Below are positions 19,940 through 29,931 of a stretch of 64,000 bases of DNA, piece after piece. Numbering within the stretch: position 1 is the first letter of the stretch; each line of letters starts with the position of its first letter. The translations under genes and the position numbers were made by a program. The notes beneath the pieces were generated by a model. It was not told where the DNA came from. It ran no database searches and was given only the letters and a program-made list of their open reading frames with translations. Origin of the DNA: Dehalococcoidia bacterium (GTDB lineage: Bacteria; Chloroflexota; Dehalococcoidia; GIF9; UBA5629); contig JBEKIW010000001.1 in NCBI GenBank assembly GCA_050011565.1, positions 640,207-704,206 on the forward strand, given 5' to 3'.

Positions 19940-22068
19940 GCTGCCGCTCCTATCTTTTCAACTTCATCCAGTTTATCTTTATATTCACAGGCGGTACATT
20001 TGACCCAACCGTCCCGGTACATAATGAGCAGCTTGCCGCACTGTGGGCAGGGCTTTGGAACCGGCCGGCGATTAACTGCAAACTGGCATTGTGGGTAGCC
20101 ACTACAACCATAGAAAATACGCCTTTTCTTGGTTGTTCTCTCTACAATCTCCTTCCCGCATTTCGGGCAGAGTACGCCGGTTTTTATCACGTAAGGCATA
20201 GTCTTCTTGCATTCCGGATAACCGCTGCAAGCTAAGAATTTGCCAAAACGACCCGTCTTCAATACCATGGGTTTACCGCACTCAGGGCAGACTTCCTCTG
20301 TGGGCTTGGCAATATTTACCTTTTCTATCTTGGTAGATGCCTGGTTAAGCATTTCTTCAAAGGGGGTATAGAAATCCTGGAGAACTGAAACCCAGCCTCT
20401 CTCGCCACGCGCAATTTCATCCAGTTCTTCTTCAAGCTGAGCAGTGAAATCCAGGTCGACTATTTCAGGGAAGTGCTGGGTTAAGAGGTCGCTGACGATA
20501 AAGCCTATCTCATCTGGGCAAAGCTTGCCATTTTCTTTGTATACGTAGCCTCTTCCCTGGATAGTGGATAGAATGGGGGCATAGGTGCTGGGGCGTCCGA
20601 TTCCCTTTTGTTCCAGCGCTTTTATTAAAGTAGCCTCATTATAACGAAGCGGCGGCTGAGTAAAACGCTGCTGGGGAAATATGTCCAACAAGACTAAGTT
20701 GTCACCGGCTTTTAATGCTGGAAGGACAACCGCCTTTTCTTCCTCTCCCTCCTCGTCTTTGCCCTCGCTGTAAACCGTTATAAAGCCGGGGAACTTCACT
20801 ACGGAACTGCTGGCCTTTAGCAGATAGCTCTTGTACGGTTCTGAACATTTGGCATCTATTTCGACTGTGGTGGCATCCATCAAGGCTGCTGCCATCTGGC
20901 TGGCTACCATTCGTTTCCAGATAAGGTCATATAATTTGAGCTGTTCTGGTTTCAGGTAAGAGCGAAGCTGGCCAGGCTCTCGATGAACTCTGGTCGGCCG
21001 AATGGCTTCATGCGCTTCCTGTGCCCATTTGCTCTTTTTAGCGAAATGACGTGGATTCTGGGGCACAAAGCGGTCACCGTATTTGCCGGCAATAAAATCC
21101 CGAGTCTCAGCTATGGCACTGGCAGCTACGTGCGTCGAATCGGTACGGATATAGGTAATCAATCCCACCGAGCCCTCCTCACCCAAAGGCACGCCTTCGT
21201 AAAGCTGCTGAGCGATAAACATAGTACGTTGAGCAGTGAACCGCAGCTTGCGCCAGGCTTCTTGCTGCAGAGTGCTGGTAATGAATGGCGGCGCCGGTTG
21301 GCGAGCCACTTCTTTTACTGTTACCTTTTTGACGACATAGTCGGCTTTCTTCAGCTCGTTTTGGATACTCTCGGCTTCCTGCTGGTTGGATATGCTAATC
21401 TTTGTGCTGTCGGCCAGGCTTATCAGCAATGCTCTGAAGCGATTCTTTGGAGTAGCCGGCAAGCTCGTGGCCAGTTCAGCCTCGATAGTCCAGTACTCCA
21501 CAGCAACGAAATTTTGAATCTCTCGCTCGCGGTCGACAATTATTCTCAAGGCTGCCGACTGGACCCTGCCGGCAGACAGTCCTCTCTGAACCTTACGCCA
21601 CAGCAACGGGCTCAGCTTGTAACCAACCAGTCTATCCAGCAGACGGCGCGCTTGTTGGGCGTCAACCAGGTTCATATCAATAGAGCGTGGATGGCGAAAC
21701 GCTTTTTCCACGGCTTCTTTTGTTATCTCATGAAAGACGACGCGGTGGATGGGTATCTTGCCGTTATCCAATTTGGTGGCTGCAATTAGATGCCAGGAAA
21801 TAGCCTCTCCCTCACGGTCGGGGTCAGTTGCCAGATAGACCTCGGCGGCGCCGGCAGCCGACTTCTTCAGTTCGTTAATCACGGCTCTTCTCTGTCTGAT
21901 GATGATATATCTGGGAGTAAAGTCATTCGCAACATCTATGCCTAATTCGCTTTTAGGCAGGTCGCGCACGTGCCCCAGAGTCGCCTTAATATCGTAACCT
22001 TTGCCCAGTATGCGGCTTATAGTCCTGGCCTTTGCCGGCGATTCGACAACAACAAGCTTCGTTCCCAT
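19936..22068 (-). CDS. topA: DNA topoisomerase I
   Basis: It has the Toprim N-terminus (LVVVESPAKARTISRILG), the active-site Tyr region and C-terminal Zn-ribbon repeats. Length is 710 aa. Confidence 0.9.
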   Translation of the reverse strand: MGTKLVVVESPAKARTISRILGKGYDIKATLGHVRDLPKSELGIDVANDFTPRYIIIRQRRAVINELKKSAAGAAEVYLATDPDREGEAISWHLIAATKLDNGKIPIHRVVFHEITKEAVEKAFRHPRSIDMNLVDAQQARRLLDRLVGYKLSPLLWRKVQRGLSAGRVQSAALRIIVDREREIQNFVAVEYWTIEAELATSLPATPKNRFRALLISLADSTKISISNQQEAESIQNELKKADYVVKKVTVKEVARQPAPPFITSTLQQEAWRKLRFTAQRTMFIAQQLYEGVPLGEEGSVGLITYIRTDSTHVAASAIAETRDFIAGKYGDRFVPQNPRHFAKKSKWAQEAHEAIRPTRVHREPGQLRSYLKPEQLKLYDLIWKRMVASQMAAALMDATTVEIDAKCSEPYKSYLLKASSSVVKFPGFITVYSEGKDEEGEEEKAVVLPALKAGDNLVLLDIFPQQRFTQPPLRYNEATLIKALEQKGIGRPSTYAPILSTIQGRGYVYKENGKLCPDEIGFIVSDLLTQHFPEIVDLDFTAQLEEELDEIARGERGWVSVLQDFYTPFEEMLNQASTKIEKVNIAKPTEEVCPECGKPMVLKTGRFGKFLACSGYPECKKTMPYVIKTGVLCPKCGKEIVERTTKKRRIFYGCSGYPQCQFAVNRRPVPKPCPQCGKLLIMYRDGWVKCTACEYKDKLDEVEKIGAAA

Positions 22069-22070
22069 AA

Positions 22071-23192
22071 TTATCCTGCCGTTTGGTATTCCTCTTTCAT
22101 CTCTCTGGCCAGCACATAGTTCATGCCGCCAACCTGTTTTACCATCCCCTTGAGTTCCATCATGGTTAGCACACTGCCAACCGAAGCCGCCGCCAAGCCG
22201 CTATGGCGACAAATATCGTCTATATGAGTCGGCTCTCGTCCCAACTGCTTTAACAATAACGATTCAGTCTCATCGACGGGCAGAAGCTCCTTCATCTCCA
22301 GTTGCTGTGCCATGATGGTCAAATTAAGCTCTTCCAAAATATCGACATAATTCCTGACCAGTTTCGCGCCTTCCTGAATGAGATGATTCGTACCCCTGCT
22401 GGCAGGTGATAAAATGCTGCCCGGGACGGCAAAGACTTCGCGGTTTTGCTCCAATGCCTGATTGGCGGTGATCAAAGCTCCGCTGCTTTCACCGGCCTCA
22501 ATAACCAGCACACCGAGGCTGAGACCGCTCATAATTCGATTGCGCCTCGGGAAATTATCAGCTTTCGGTTTTGTGCCCAGAGGATATTCGCTAATCAAGG
22601 CGCCGTGCTCCATAATCTCCCGTGCCAGCTTGGCGTTCTCCGCCGGGTAGACGATGTCAAGACCGCAGGCGAAGACAGCCATAGTTCGAGCGCCAGCTTC
22701 CAACGCGGCACGGTGAGCTACAGAGTCAATTCCTCTAGCCAGGCCGCTAACGATGGTAATTCCGTTTCTGGCCAGGTCAGTGACAATCTCTTCGGTCACT
22801 TGACGTCCGTAGACTGTAGCTCGACGGGTGCCGACTACGGCCAGGCAACATTCATCTTCTGTCAGCAAGTCGCCTCGGATATAAAGTACCGGTGGATAAT
22901 CGTATATCTCCTTAAGTCTTTGTGGATAGGCGGGAGAATCACAGGCAAGTACCTTTATTTTATATTTCTTGAGGCTGTCCATTTCTTCGTCGGGAGCGAT
23001 TCTCGTCCGCAGGTTGACGATATTCTCAGCAGCTTTGGAATCAAGGCCAGATTTTTTCAGTTCTCCGATTGAGGCTTTCCAGGCATGCTCCAGTGTGTTG
23101 AAATGGTCCAGTAGCTGTGATATTTTCACCCGGCCGATGCCCGGCATCTTGGAGAAGCCTACCCAGTATTTCAGCTCGTTCTCATTCATCAT
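22071..23192 (-). CDS. dprA: DNA processing protein DprA (Smf)
   Basis: It has a SAM-like N-domain plus a Rossmann DprA core (GLARGIDSVAHRAAL). The dprA-topA pairing is conserved. Confidence 0.85.
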   Translation of the reverse strand: MMNENELKYWVGFSKMPGIGRVKISQLLDHFNTLEHAWKASIGELKKSGLDSKAAENIVNLRTRIAPDEEMDSLKKYKIKVLACDSPAYPQRLKEIYDYPPVLYIRGDLLTEDECCLAVVGTRRATVYGRQVTEEIVTDLARNGITIVSGLARGIDSVAHRAALEAGARTMAVFACGLDIVYPAENAKLAREIMEHGALISEYPLGTKPKADNFPRRNRIMSGLSLGVLVIEAGESSGALITANQALEQNREVFAVPGSILSPASRGTNHLIQEGAKLVRNYVDILEELNLTIMAQQLEMKELLPVDETESLLLKQLGREPTHIDDICRHSGLAAASVGSVLTMMELKGMVKQVGGMNYVLAREMKEEYQTAG

Positions 23193-23269
23193 CTGAGTTG
23201 AAACATTGTAGCATAGGCAAGAAGGTCAAACAAAAAAAGAGGTAGCCATGAGAAAGCAAATGATTAGAA

Positions 23270-23358
<89 letters not shown>

Positions 23359-23362
23359 AAGG

Positions 23363-23451
<89 letters not shown>

Positions 23452-23575
23452 GCGCCATAACATTATACAATGCCTGTGTCAGGAGGCAAAGGTTTACTAT
23501 ATAATCTAATGGCTACAGGTAGACGATATTTACAATAAAAAACAGGCTATGATATGATTTTGCTTTGCCCGTAAC

Positions 23576-26329
23576 ATGCACATGACAATAAAATTGAACG
23601 AGAATTGGCACAATTTAGAGATATCGGAAGTCTTTGCCTCTTTGGACTCAAGCCGTGAAGGCTTAAGTCAGGGAGAAGCCCAACGCCGCCTGGCTCAATT
23701 TGGACCTAACGAGCTGGCTGAAAAGAAAAAAATATCCCCCTGGGTAATCTTCCTTGAGCAATTTAAGAATTTTCTCATAATTATCCTGCTTGTTGCGGTG
23801 GCTTTATCAGCCGTTATGGGTGAAGTAGCTGATGCCATTGTCATTTTTGCTATCGTCCTGTTTGCCGCTGGCCTGAGCTTTATGCAGGAATACAGGGCTG
23901 AACGGGCTATGGAAGCCCTGAAGAGAATGGCAGCACCAACGGCGTCGGTACTGAGAGACGGAATGGAAATAGAAGTCTCCGCCACGGAGCTGGTTCCCGG
24001 AGACATAATTCTGCTCAGAACCGGCGATAAAATACCGGCAGATGCACGGCTCATCGAAGCTATCAACTTAAAAGCGGATGAGGCTTCACTGACGGGTGAA
24101 TCAGTCCCTGTGGAAAAGATGGGAAAGGCATTTGTGGGGGAGGCAAGCATCGGTGACATGAGGAACATGGTCTTTACGGGAACGGCAGCCGTTTATGGCA
24201 GGGGCCTGGCGGTAGTCACTGCCACCGGCATGGCTACCGAGTTCGGCAAGATTGCGACTATGCTGCAGGAAGTGGAGAAGGAGCGGACACCGCTGCAGGT
24301 TAGTCTCGACCAGCTGGGAAAGTGGATTGCCATCGGCGCCTTAGCCATGTGCTTCATTCTAGCTGGGATTGGTGTTATTACAGCACCTGTGATTGATAAA
24401 CAGCTGATTCTGACGATGCTCATCTGGGGGGTAAGTTTGGCCGTGGCGGCTGTGCCCGAAGCCTTGCCGGCCGTGGTCACTATCTCACTGGCTCTCGGCG
24501 TTCAGAGGATGGTACAACGCCATGCGCTGATTAGAAAGCTGCCGGTCGTAGAGACACTTGGTTGCACTACATATATTTGCTCAGATAAGACCGGTACGCT
24601 TACCGAAGACAAGATGACGATACGGCGCATTTTTGTGGACGGTAAGCTCATCGCTGTCACTGGCGTTGGTTATGAACCTAAAGGCGAGTTTCATGTTGGC
24701 GGCAAAGTACTAAATCCTCAAGACAGCGCGGCCTTACAAAAGCTGCTCAACATTGGAAGCATATGCAATGACACAACTCTTAATTCAGCCGCTGGTGTTT
24801 GGTTAATCAAAGGGGACCCGACCGAAGGCGCCCTGGTGGTGACGGCAGCTAAAGCGGGCTTGTGGCAAGAGGAACTTCAAATTCAATTTCCTCGCATCAG
24901 CGAAATCCCGTTTTCCTCCGAGACGAAGAGAATGACCACCACCCATCAAACAAGCCAAGGTAAAATTGCTTATTCCAAAGGAGCACCTGAGGTAATCCTG
25001 AGTTCTTGCAGCCGTATTTTCCGTAACGGGGAAGAAAAGGCACTAACTGTCGAAGATAGGGAAAGTATCATGGCTGTGGCTCAAGAAATGGCGGAAGATG
25101 CTCTCCGTGTTCTGGGGCTGGCGTATAAGCAGCTTGAGCATAATGCTGTCTCCACTAACGACGTGGAAAAGGGCATGGTGTTTGTAGGACTGGTTGGCAT
25201 GATTGACCCACCTCGGGAAGAAGTCAAGGCGGCAGTAAAGACATGTGACCGGGCCGGTATCAAATCAGTAATGATAACCGGCGACCATAAATTAACGGCC
25301 GTCGCCATTGCCAGAGAATTGGGCATACTCAAAAAGGGTATTGCCTCAACAGGGGCAGAAATCGATAACCTGAACGATGAAAAATTTGAAGCATTGGTGG
25401 AGAAAATAGAAGTTTATGCACGGGTTTCTCCAGCTCACAAACTGCGTGTCGTCGAGGCGCTAACTAAGAAGGGTCATGTAGTGGCCATGACAGGGGATGG
25501 AGTGAACGATGCACCGGCACTGAAGAAAGCTGATATCGGGGTGGCTATGGGGATTACGGGCACCGATGTTACCAAAGAAGCGGCTGACATGGTGCTGACC
25601 GATGACAATTTTGCCTCCATCGTAGCTGCAGTCGAGGAAGGAAGAGGCATTTTCAATAATATCAAGAAGTATCTGATTTATCTCCTCTCCTGTAATTTGG
25701 GAGAAATACTGCTCATGGCAGTCGTTATTTTGTTCGGCCCGCTTTTCGGTTTACCTGCCGGCACCATACCCTTAATTGCCATTCAACTCCTGTATGTTAA
25801 TTTGGCTACTGATGGCCTGCCAGCCATAGCTTTGTCTGTTGACCCACCGGACATCGATATCATGAGACAAAAGCCACGACCCCGCAAGCAGACTATTTTT
25901 ACGATGCCTGTCATGAGGTACCTGGCTGGCGCTGGAATCTGGACAGCCCTGGTAACATTGGCGGTCTTTCTTTGGGCGGTGGATTCGGGGAAGGACATAC
26001 TCGAAGCTCAAGGGGTATGCTTTCTGACTTTAATATTAATTGAGTTCTTCAATGCCTTTAACTGTCGCTCATTAGAATACTCACTTTTTAAAATCGGCCC
26101 CTTCGGCAATAAGTGGCTTATCTGGGCGATACTCGGTACCATTGCCATGACCATCCCCATATTCTATGTGCCCTTCCTAAAAGAAACGTTTCGCGTACAT
26201 GCCTTAACTACCATTGACTGGATTGTCGCCGTATTCTCAGCTTCAACCATCTTTATCGGCGCCGAAATCTACAAGCTAGTTATGTCTAGGATAAGACCAA
26301 AGGGCATATTTTCAAAGTCTATCGGATAA
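23576..26329 (+). CDS. Cation-transporting P-type ATPase (type IIA, Ca2+/Mg2+ pump-like)
   Basis: It has the DKTGTLTEDKMT phosphorylation motif, the TGDGVNDAPALKKADIGVAMG hinge and 10 TM helices. Length is 917 aa. Confidence 0.9.
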   Translation: MHMTIKLNENWHNLEISEVFASLDSSREGLSQGEAQRRLAQFGPNELAEKKKISPWVIFLEQFKNFLIIILLVAVALSAVMGEVADAIVIFAIVLFAAGLSFMQEYRAERAMEALKRMAAPTASVLRDGMEIEVSATELVPGDIILLRTGDKIPADARLIEAINLKADEASLTGESVPVEKMGKAFVGEASIGDMRNMVFTGTAAVYGRGLAVVTATGMATEFGKIATMLQEVEKERTPLQVSLDQLGKWIAIGALAMCFILAGIGVITAPVIDKQLILTMLIWGVSLAVAAVPEALPAVVTISLALGVQRMVQRHALIRKLPVVETLGCTTYICSDKTGTLTEDKMTIRRIFVDGKLIAVTGVGYEPKGEFHVGGKVLNPQDSAALQKLLNIGSICNDTTLNSAAGVWLIKGDPTEGALVVTAAKAGLWQEELQIQFPRISEIPFSSETKRMTTTHQTSQGKIAYSKGAPEVILSSCSRIFRNGEEKALTVEDRESIMAVAQEMAEDALRVLGLAYKQLEHNAVSTNDVEKGMVFVGLVGMIDPPREEVKAAVKTCDRAGIKSVMITGDHKLTAVAIARELGILKKGIASTGAEIDNLNDEKFEALVEKIEVYARVSPAHKLRVVEALTKKGHVVAMTGDGVNDAPALKKADIGVAMGITGTDVTKEAADMVLTDDNFASIVAAVEEGRGIFNNIKKYLIYLLSCNLGEILLMAVVILFGPLFGLPAGTIPLIAIQLLYVNLATDGLPAIALSVDPPDIDIMRQKPRPRKQTIFTMPVMRYLAGAGIWTALVTLAVFLWAVDSGKDILEAQGVCFLTLILIEFFNAFNCRSLEYSLFKIGPFGNKWLIWAILGTIAMTIPIFYVPFLKETFRVHALTTIDWIVAVFSASTIFIGAEIYKLVMSRIRPKGIFSKSIG

Positions 26330-26355
26330 TCGTAATAATCACACTCAGGACGAGT

Positions 26356-26384
26356 TTGCCAAATCGTGCAATAATGTATAAAAT
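26356..26384 (+). promoter_or_regulatory. Candidate promoter (TTGCCA-N17-TAAAAT) for tRNA-Arg and the downstream por-nuoEF operon
   Basis: The hexamers have ideal spacing and lie 8 nt upstream of the tRNA 5' end. The ORF-track 'start' at 26356 is in fact the -35 box. Confidence 0.4.
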
Positions 26385-26392
26385 TATCCGAA

Positions 26393-26464
<72 letters not shown>

Positions 26465-26484
26465 CTTCCAAGGAATTCAGTAAT

Positions 26485-27372
26485 TTGAAAGAAAGAGACA
26501 AGACAATTGAAATCCGTTGGCATGGGAGGGGTGGTCAAGGGGCTGTAACATCGGCTGAACTGCTGGCGCTGGCGGCCATAGAAGAAGGTAAATTTGCTCA
26601 GGCGTTTCCCAGCTTTGGCCCTGAAAGAAGGGGAGCCCCGGTGCTTGTTTTCAATCGCCTGAGCGATACCAACCCCATCCGGGCTCGCGTCTCAGTGACC
26701 AATCCTGATATCGTGGTAATACTGGACCCGGGCCTACTTTATATTACCGACGCTACTTCCGGACTAAAGGAAGACGGCACGCTGGTCATTAATACCCCGA
26801 AGACATTGGTTGACATAAAGTCAGAATTGGGTGGTCCGTGGAAGCTGGCAGTGGTCAATGCCAACGTTATTGCGCGAGAGTTACTCGGCGTTCCAATCGT
26901 AAATACAACCATGCTTGGAGCCTTGGTTAAAGCCACGGGGATAATAGAGTTAGAATCACTGGCGGAGCCGATAAAAGAACGCTTTGGGGCTAGAGCTAAG
27001 GCTAATATAGAGGCTTGCCGCAGGGCTTTTGAAGAGACTGAAATAGCTGAACCTGGCAGTGTTGTCCGGAAAGCACGTCAGGCAATACCGGCGGAAGTAC
27101 TGCCTTCGTGGCGGGAGTTGCTGCCGGGTTGTGTTATTACTGAGCCGGGCAACGCCAAAGCATATCGCACCGGCGATTGGAAATCTGCGCATCCAGTATG
27201 GAACAATGAGAAATGCATCAAGTGCGGAATTTGTTATCTGTTTTGTCCGGAAGGATGTATCGGAGAGAAAGAAGACGGTTACTTTGAAGCCAATTTATAT
27301 TATTGCAAGGGATGTGGAATTTGTGCACGCGAGTGCTGGACGGAGGCTATAAGGATGGTAGAGGAAGAATAG
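26485..27372 (+). CDS. porGD: Pyruvate:ferredoxin oxidoreductase gamma subunit fused to the delta (2x[4Fe-4S] ferredoxin) subunit
   Basis: The PorG core (IRWHGRGGQGAVTSAELLALAA) is followed by a C-terminal domain with CIKCGICYLFCP...CKGCGICAREC. The probable TTG start lies just after the tRNA. The ORF-track N-terminal extension runs through the tRNA and is rejected. Confidence 0.8.
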   Translation: MKERDKTIEIRWHGRGGQGAVTSAELLALAAIEEGKFAQAFPSFGPERRGAPVLVFNRLSDTNPIRARVSVTNPDIVVILDPGLLYITDATSGLKEDGTLVINTPKTLVDIKSELGGPWKLAVVNANVIARELLGVPIVNTTMLGALVKATGIIELESLAEPIKERFGARAKANIEACRRAFEETEIAEPGSVVRKARQAIPAEVLPSWRELLPGCVITEPGNAKAYRTGDWKSAHPVWNNEKCIKCGICYLFCPEGCIGEKEDGYFEANLYYCKGCGICARECWTEAIRMVEEE

Positions 27373-27374
27373 AC

Positions 27375-28550
27375 ATGGCGCTGAAACGTATAGGTATGGA
27401 GGGTTCCTTCGCTATGGCTGAAGCGGTTAAGCTGGCCCGCGTTGAAGCTGTAGCTGCCTATCCTATTACACCGCAAACTCATATTGTCGAGCGATTAGCT
27501 GAATTCGTGGCTAACGGCGAGATGGATGCCGAATATATACCCGTAGAATCAGAACACTCAGCGTTAAGCGCCTGCCTGGGGACTTCGGCCGTAGGCGCCA
27601 GAACGTTTACTGCTACTGCTAGCCAGGGATTAGAACTAATGCATGAGGTATTATTTGTTGCCTCAGGTCTAAGGCTGCCGATAGTCATGGCAGTAGCTAA
27701 CCGGGCACTTTCAGCGCCGTTGAGCATCTGGACAGACCATTCGGATGTAATGGCAGCCCGGGATTGCGGCTGGATTCAGATATTCGCAGAAAACGCTCAG
27801 CAAGCCTTTGATTTGACGTTATGTGCCTTTCGTATTGCTGAAGACCAGGCCGTCTTGCTGCCAACGATGGTCCACATTGACGGGTTTTACGTATCACACA
27901 CCATTGAACCCGTTCAATTCCTGGAGAAAGAGGCGGTGGATAAATTCCTGCCCGAATACCATTACCCTTATCCTCTTAACCCGGATAAACCCGTGACCAT
28001 AGGTGCCTTTGGGCCACCATTCATTTACACTGAAGCCAAAAAAGCGCACGAGGTCGCATTGGAAGGTTCTAAGAAGTTGATCCTCCAGGTTTGGAAGCAG
28101 TTCGGCAAGATTTCGGGACGTCATTATTTACCGGTGGAGAGTTACAAGACTGAAGACGCCGATGTTCTGCTGCTGTGTATGGGCAGTTTCAGTGAAACAG
28201 CCATGATGGCTATAGACAAAATGCAGGCGGAAGGCCACAAGGTGGGACTGGTAAGGTTGCGTCTGTGGCGGCCGTTCCCCTTTAACGAATTTCGCAAGGC
28301 CGTGAACAAGGCGAAGGTTCTTATCGTCCTTGACCGAGCTCTTTCGCTTGGTGCCATGCCACCAGTAGCTTCTGAAATCCAGGCAGCGCTTTATCCATTA
28401 AAGGCCAGACCCAAGGTTGTCAGCTATGTCGGCACCCTGGGCGGTAGGGAGATTTCAGCCCAGGGTTTCGAAGACCTTATCCGTCAGGGAGTGGACAAAG
28501 CAAAAGGCGGCAAAGTCGATGAGTTCGAGATGATAGGAGTTAGAGAATAG
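27375..28550 (+). CDS. porA: Pyruvate:ferredoxin oxidoreductase alpha subunit
   Basis: The start is MALKRIGMEGSFAMAEAVKLARVEAVAAYPITPQT. An internal ATG at 27375 was chosen over the longer ORF start that overlaps porGD. Confidence 0.85.
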   Translation: MALKRIGMEGSFAMAEAVKLARVEAVAAYPITPQTHIVERLAEFVANGEMDAEYIPVESEHSALSACLGTSAVGARTFTATASQGLELMHEVLFVASGLRLPIVMAVANRALSAPLSIWTDHSDVMAARDCGWIQIFAENAQQAFDLTLCAFRIAEDQAVLLPTMVHIDGFYVSHTIEPVQFLEKEAVDKFLPEYHYPYPLNPDKPVTIGAFGPPFIYTEAKKAHEVALEGSKKLILQVWKQFGKISGRHYLPVESYKTEDADVLLLCMGSFSETAMMAIDKMQAEGHKVGLVRLRLWRPFPFNEFRKAVNKAKVLIVLDRALSLGAMPPVASEIQAALYPLKARPKVVSYVGTLGGREISAQGFEDLIRQGVDKAKGGKVDEFEMIGVRE

Positions 28551-29479
28551 TGGAAAATCTAGCCATATATGTTCCACGACTTACCACTACCAAGGAATAT
28601 TTCGCTCCGGGACACCGGGCGTGTATGGGTTGCGGCGAAGCCTTAGCTGTAAGGCTGGTATGTAAAGCCTTGGGCAGGAATGTCATCATCGCCAACGCTA
28701 CCGGGTGCATGGAAATCGTTTCCTCGCCACTGCCTTATACCTCCTGGGAGGTACCGTGGATTCATACTTTGTTTGAGAACACGGCTGCCGTGGCCTCCGG
28801 AATAGAGGCCGGAATAAAAGTCCTGAGCCGCAAAGGAAAATATACCAGGAAAACAAAGGTGGTGGCTATGGGTGGAGACGGCGGTACCGCCGATATAGGG
28901 CTCCAGGCGCTTTCAGGTGCCCTGGAAAGGGGTCACAACTTTATGTACGTCTGTTTCGATAACGAGGCTTATATGAACACCGGCATCCAGCGCTCGAGCG
29001 CCACTCCATTTGGTGCTTCCACCACTACCTCGCCGGCAGGCAAGCACAGCATCGGACAGACAACCTGGAAGAAAAACATGCCGGCTATCGCTGCCGCTCA
29101 CGACATTCCTTATGTAGCTACGGCGTGTCATAGTTATCCCTTTGACCTTATGACCAAAATCACCAAGGCTATGGCAGTCGAAGGCCCGTCTTATATTCAT
29201 GTATTGTCGGTGTGCCCCACCGGTTGGCGACTCGCCCCGGAATTAACTATCAGGGCTGGTCGACTGGCCGTGCAAACCGGCATTTTCCCTCTCTACGAAA
29301 TAGAAAAGGGCGAATACACGCTGAATTTTGATTTTCCACAGCTAAGGCCGATAGAGGACTACTTCAAGCTGCAGGGCAGATTCCGGCACCTTTCAAAAGA
29401 AACAATTGCCCAAATCCAGGAAAGGGTAACTGCTAAATATGCCAAACTTAAAGAGAAGACTACGGGAAATAAGTATTGA
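28550..29479 (+). CDS. porB: Pyruvate:ferredoxin oxidoreductase beta subunit (TPP-binding)
   Basis: It has the CxxC cluster ligands and the TPP motif GGDGGTADIGLQALSGALERGHNFMYVCFDNEAYMNTG. Confidence 0.85.
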   Translation: MENLAIYVPRLTTTKEYFAPGHRACMGCGEALAVRLVCKALGRNVIIANATGCMEIVSSPLPYTSWEVPWIHTLFENTAAVASGIEAGIKVLSRKGKYTRKTKVVAMGGDGGTADIGLQALSGALERGHNFMYVCFDNEAYMNTGIQRSSATPFGASTTTSPAGKHSIGQTTWKKNMPAIAAAHDIPYVATACHSYPFDLMTKITKAMAVEGPSYIHVLSVCPTGWRLAPELTIRAGRLAVQTGIFPLYEIEKGEYTLNFDFPQLRPIEDYFKLQGRFRHLSKETIAQIQERVTAKYAKLKEKTTGNKY

Positions 29480-29931
29480 CTATGAATGAAAAAGTTACCG
29501 CTATCGTCAACAAATACAATGGTGACAGGGGACAGCTAGTTTCCATACTTCAAGATATCCAGACTGAATGCTATTACCTTCCCGAAGAAGCTTTGATTGA
29601 AGTAAGTGATACCATGGGCATTCCTGCCAGCCGTGTTTACGATGTGGCCACTTTTTTCAAAGCATTCAGTCTTGAACCTAGAGGTAAGCATTTAATCAAC
29701 GTTTGTCTGGGCACGGCCTGCCATGTCCGTGGTGGTAGCAGGGTGTTGGAAACTGTGGAACGATGTTTGTCCGTCAAGCGCGGGGAAACCACTAAAGACC
29801 GCAAATTCACACTGGAGACAGTTAATTGCATGGGCTGTTGTGCCGTGGGGCCGGCGGTGAAAATTGACGGCGATTATTATGGACATATGAGCACTGATAA
29901 AGTGGACGGTATATTAGCCAAATTTGAATAA
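29476..29931 (+). CDS. NuoE-like [2Fe-2S] thioredoxin-fold subunit (NADH dehydrogenase 24 kDa / HymA family)
   Basis: It has the NuoE fold with Cys ligands (CLGTACHVRGG...CMGCCAVGP). Its ATG overlaps the porB stop. Confidence 0.8.
   Translation: MTMNEKVTAIVNKYNGDRGQLVSILQDIQTECYYLPEEALIEVSDTMGIPASRVYDVATFFKAFSLEPRGKHLINVCLGTACHVRGGSRVLETVERCLSVKRGETTKDRKFTLETVNCMGCCAVGPAVKIDGDYYGHMSTDKVDGILAKFE

Noticed and set aside
20983-21789. 268-aa ORF antisense to topA
   Set aside because: It lies wholly inside the well-supported topA CDS on the opposite strand and has no motifs. It is a typical shadow ORF. The same applies to 22446..23072 in dprA, 35912..36466 in the HK gene, 33062..34270 in the hybrid HK and 23695..24168 in the ATPase gene.
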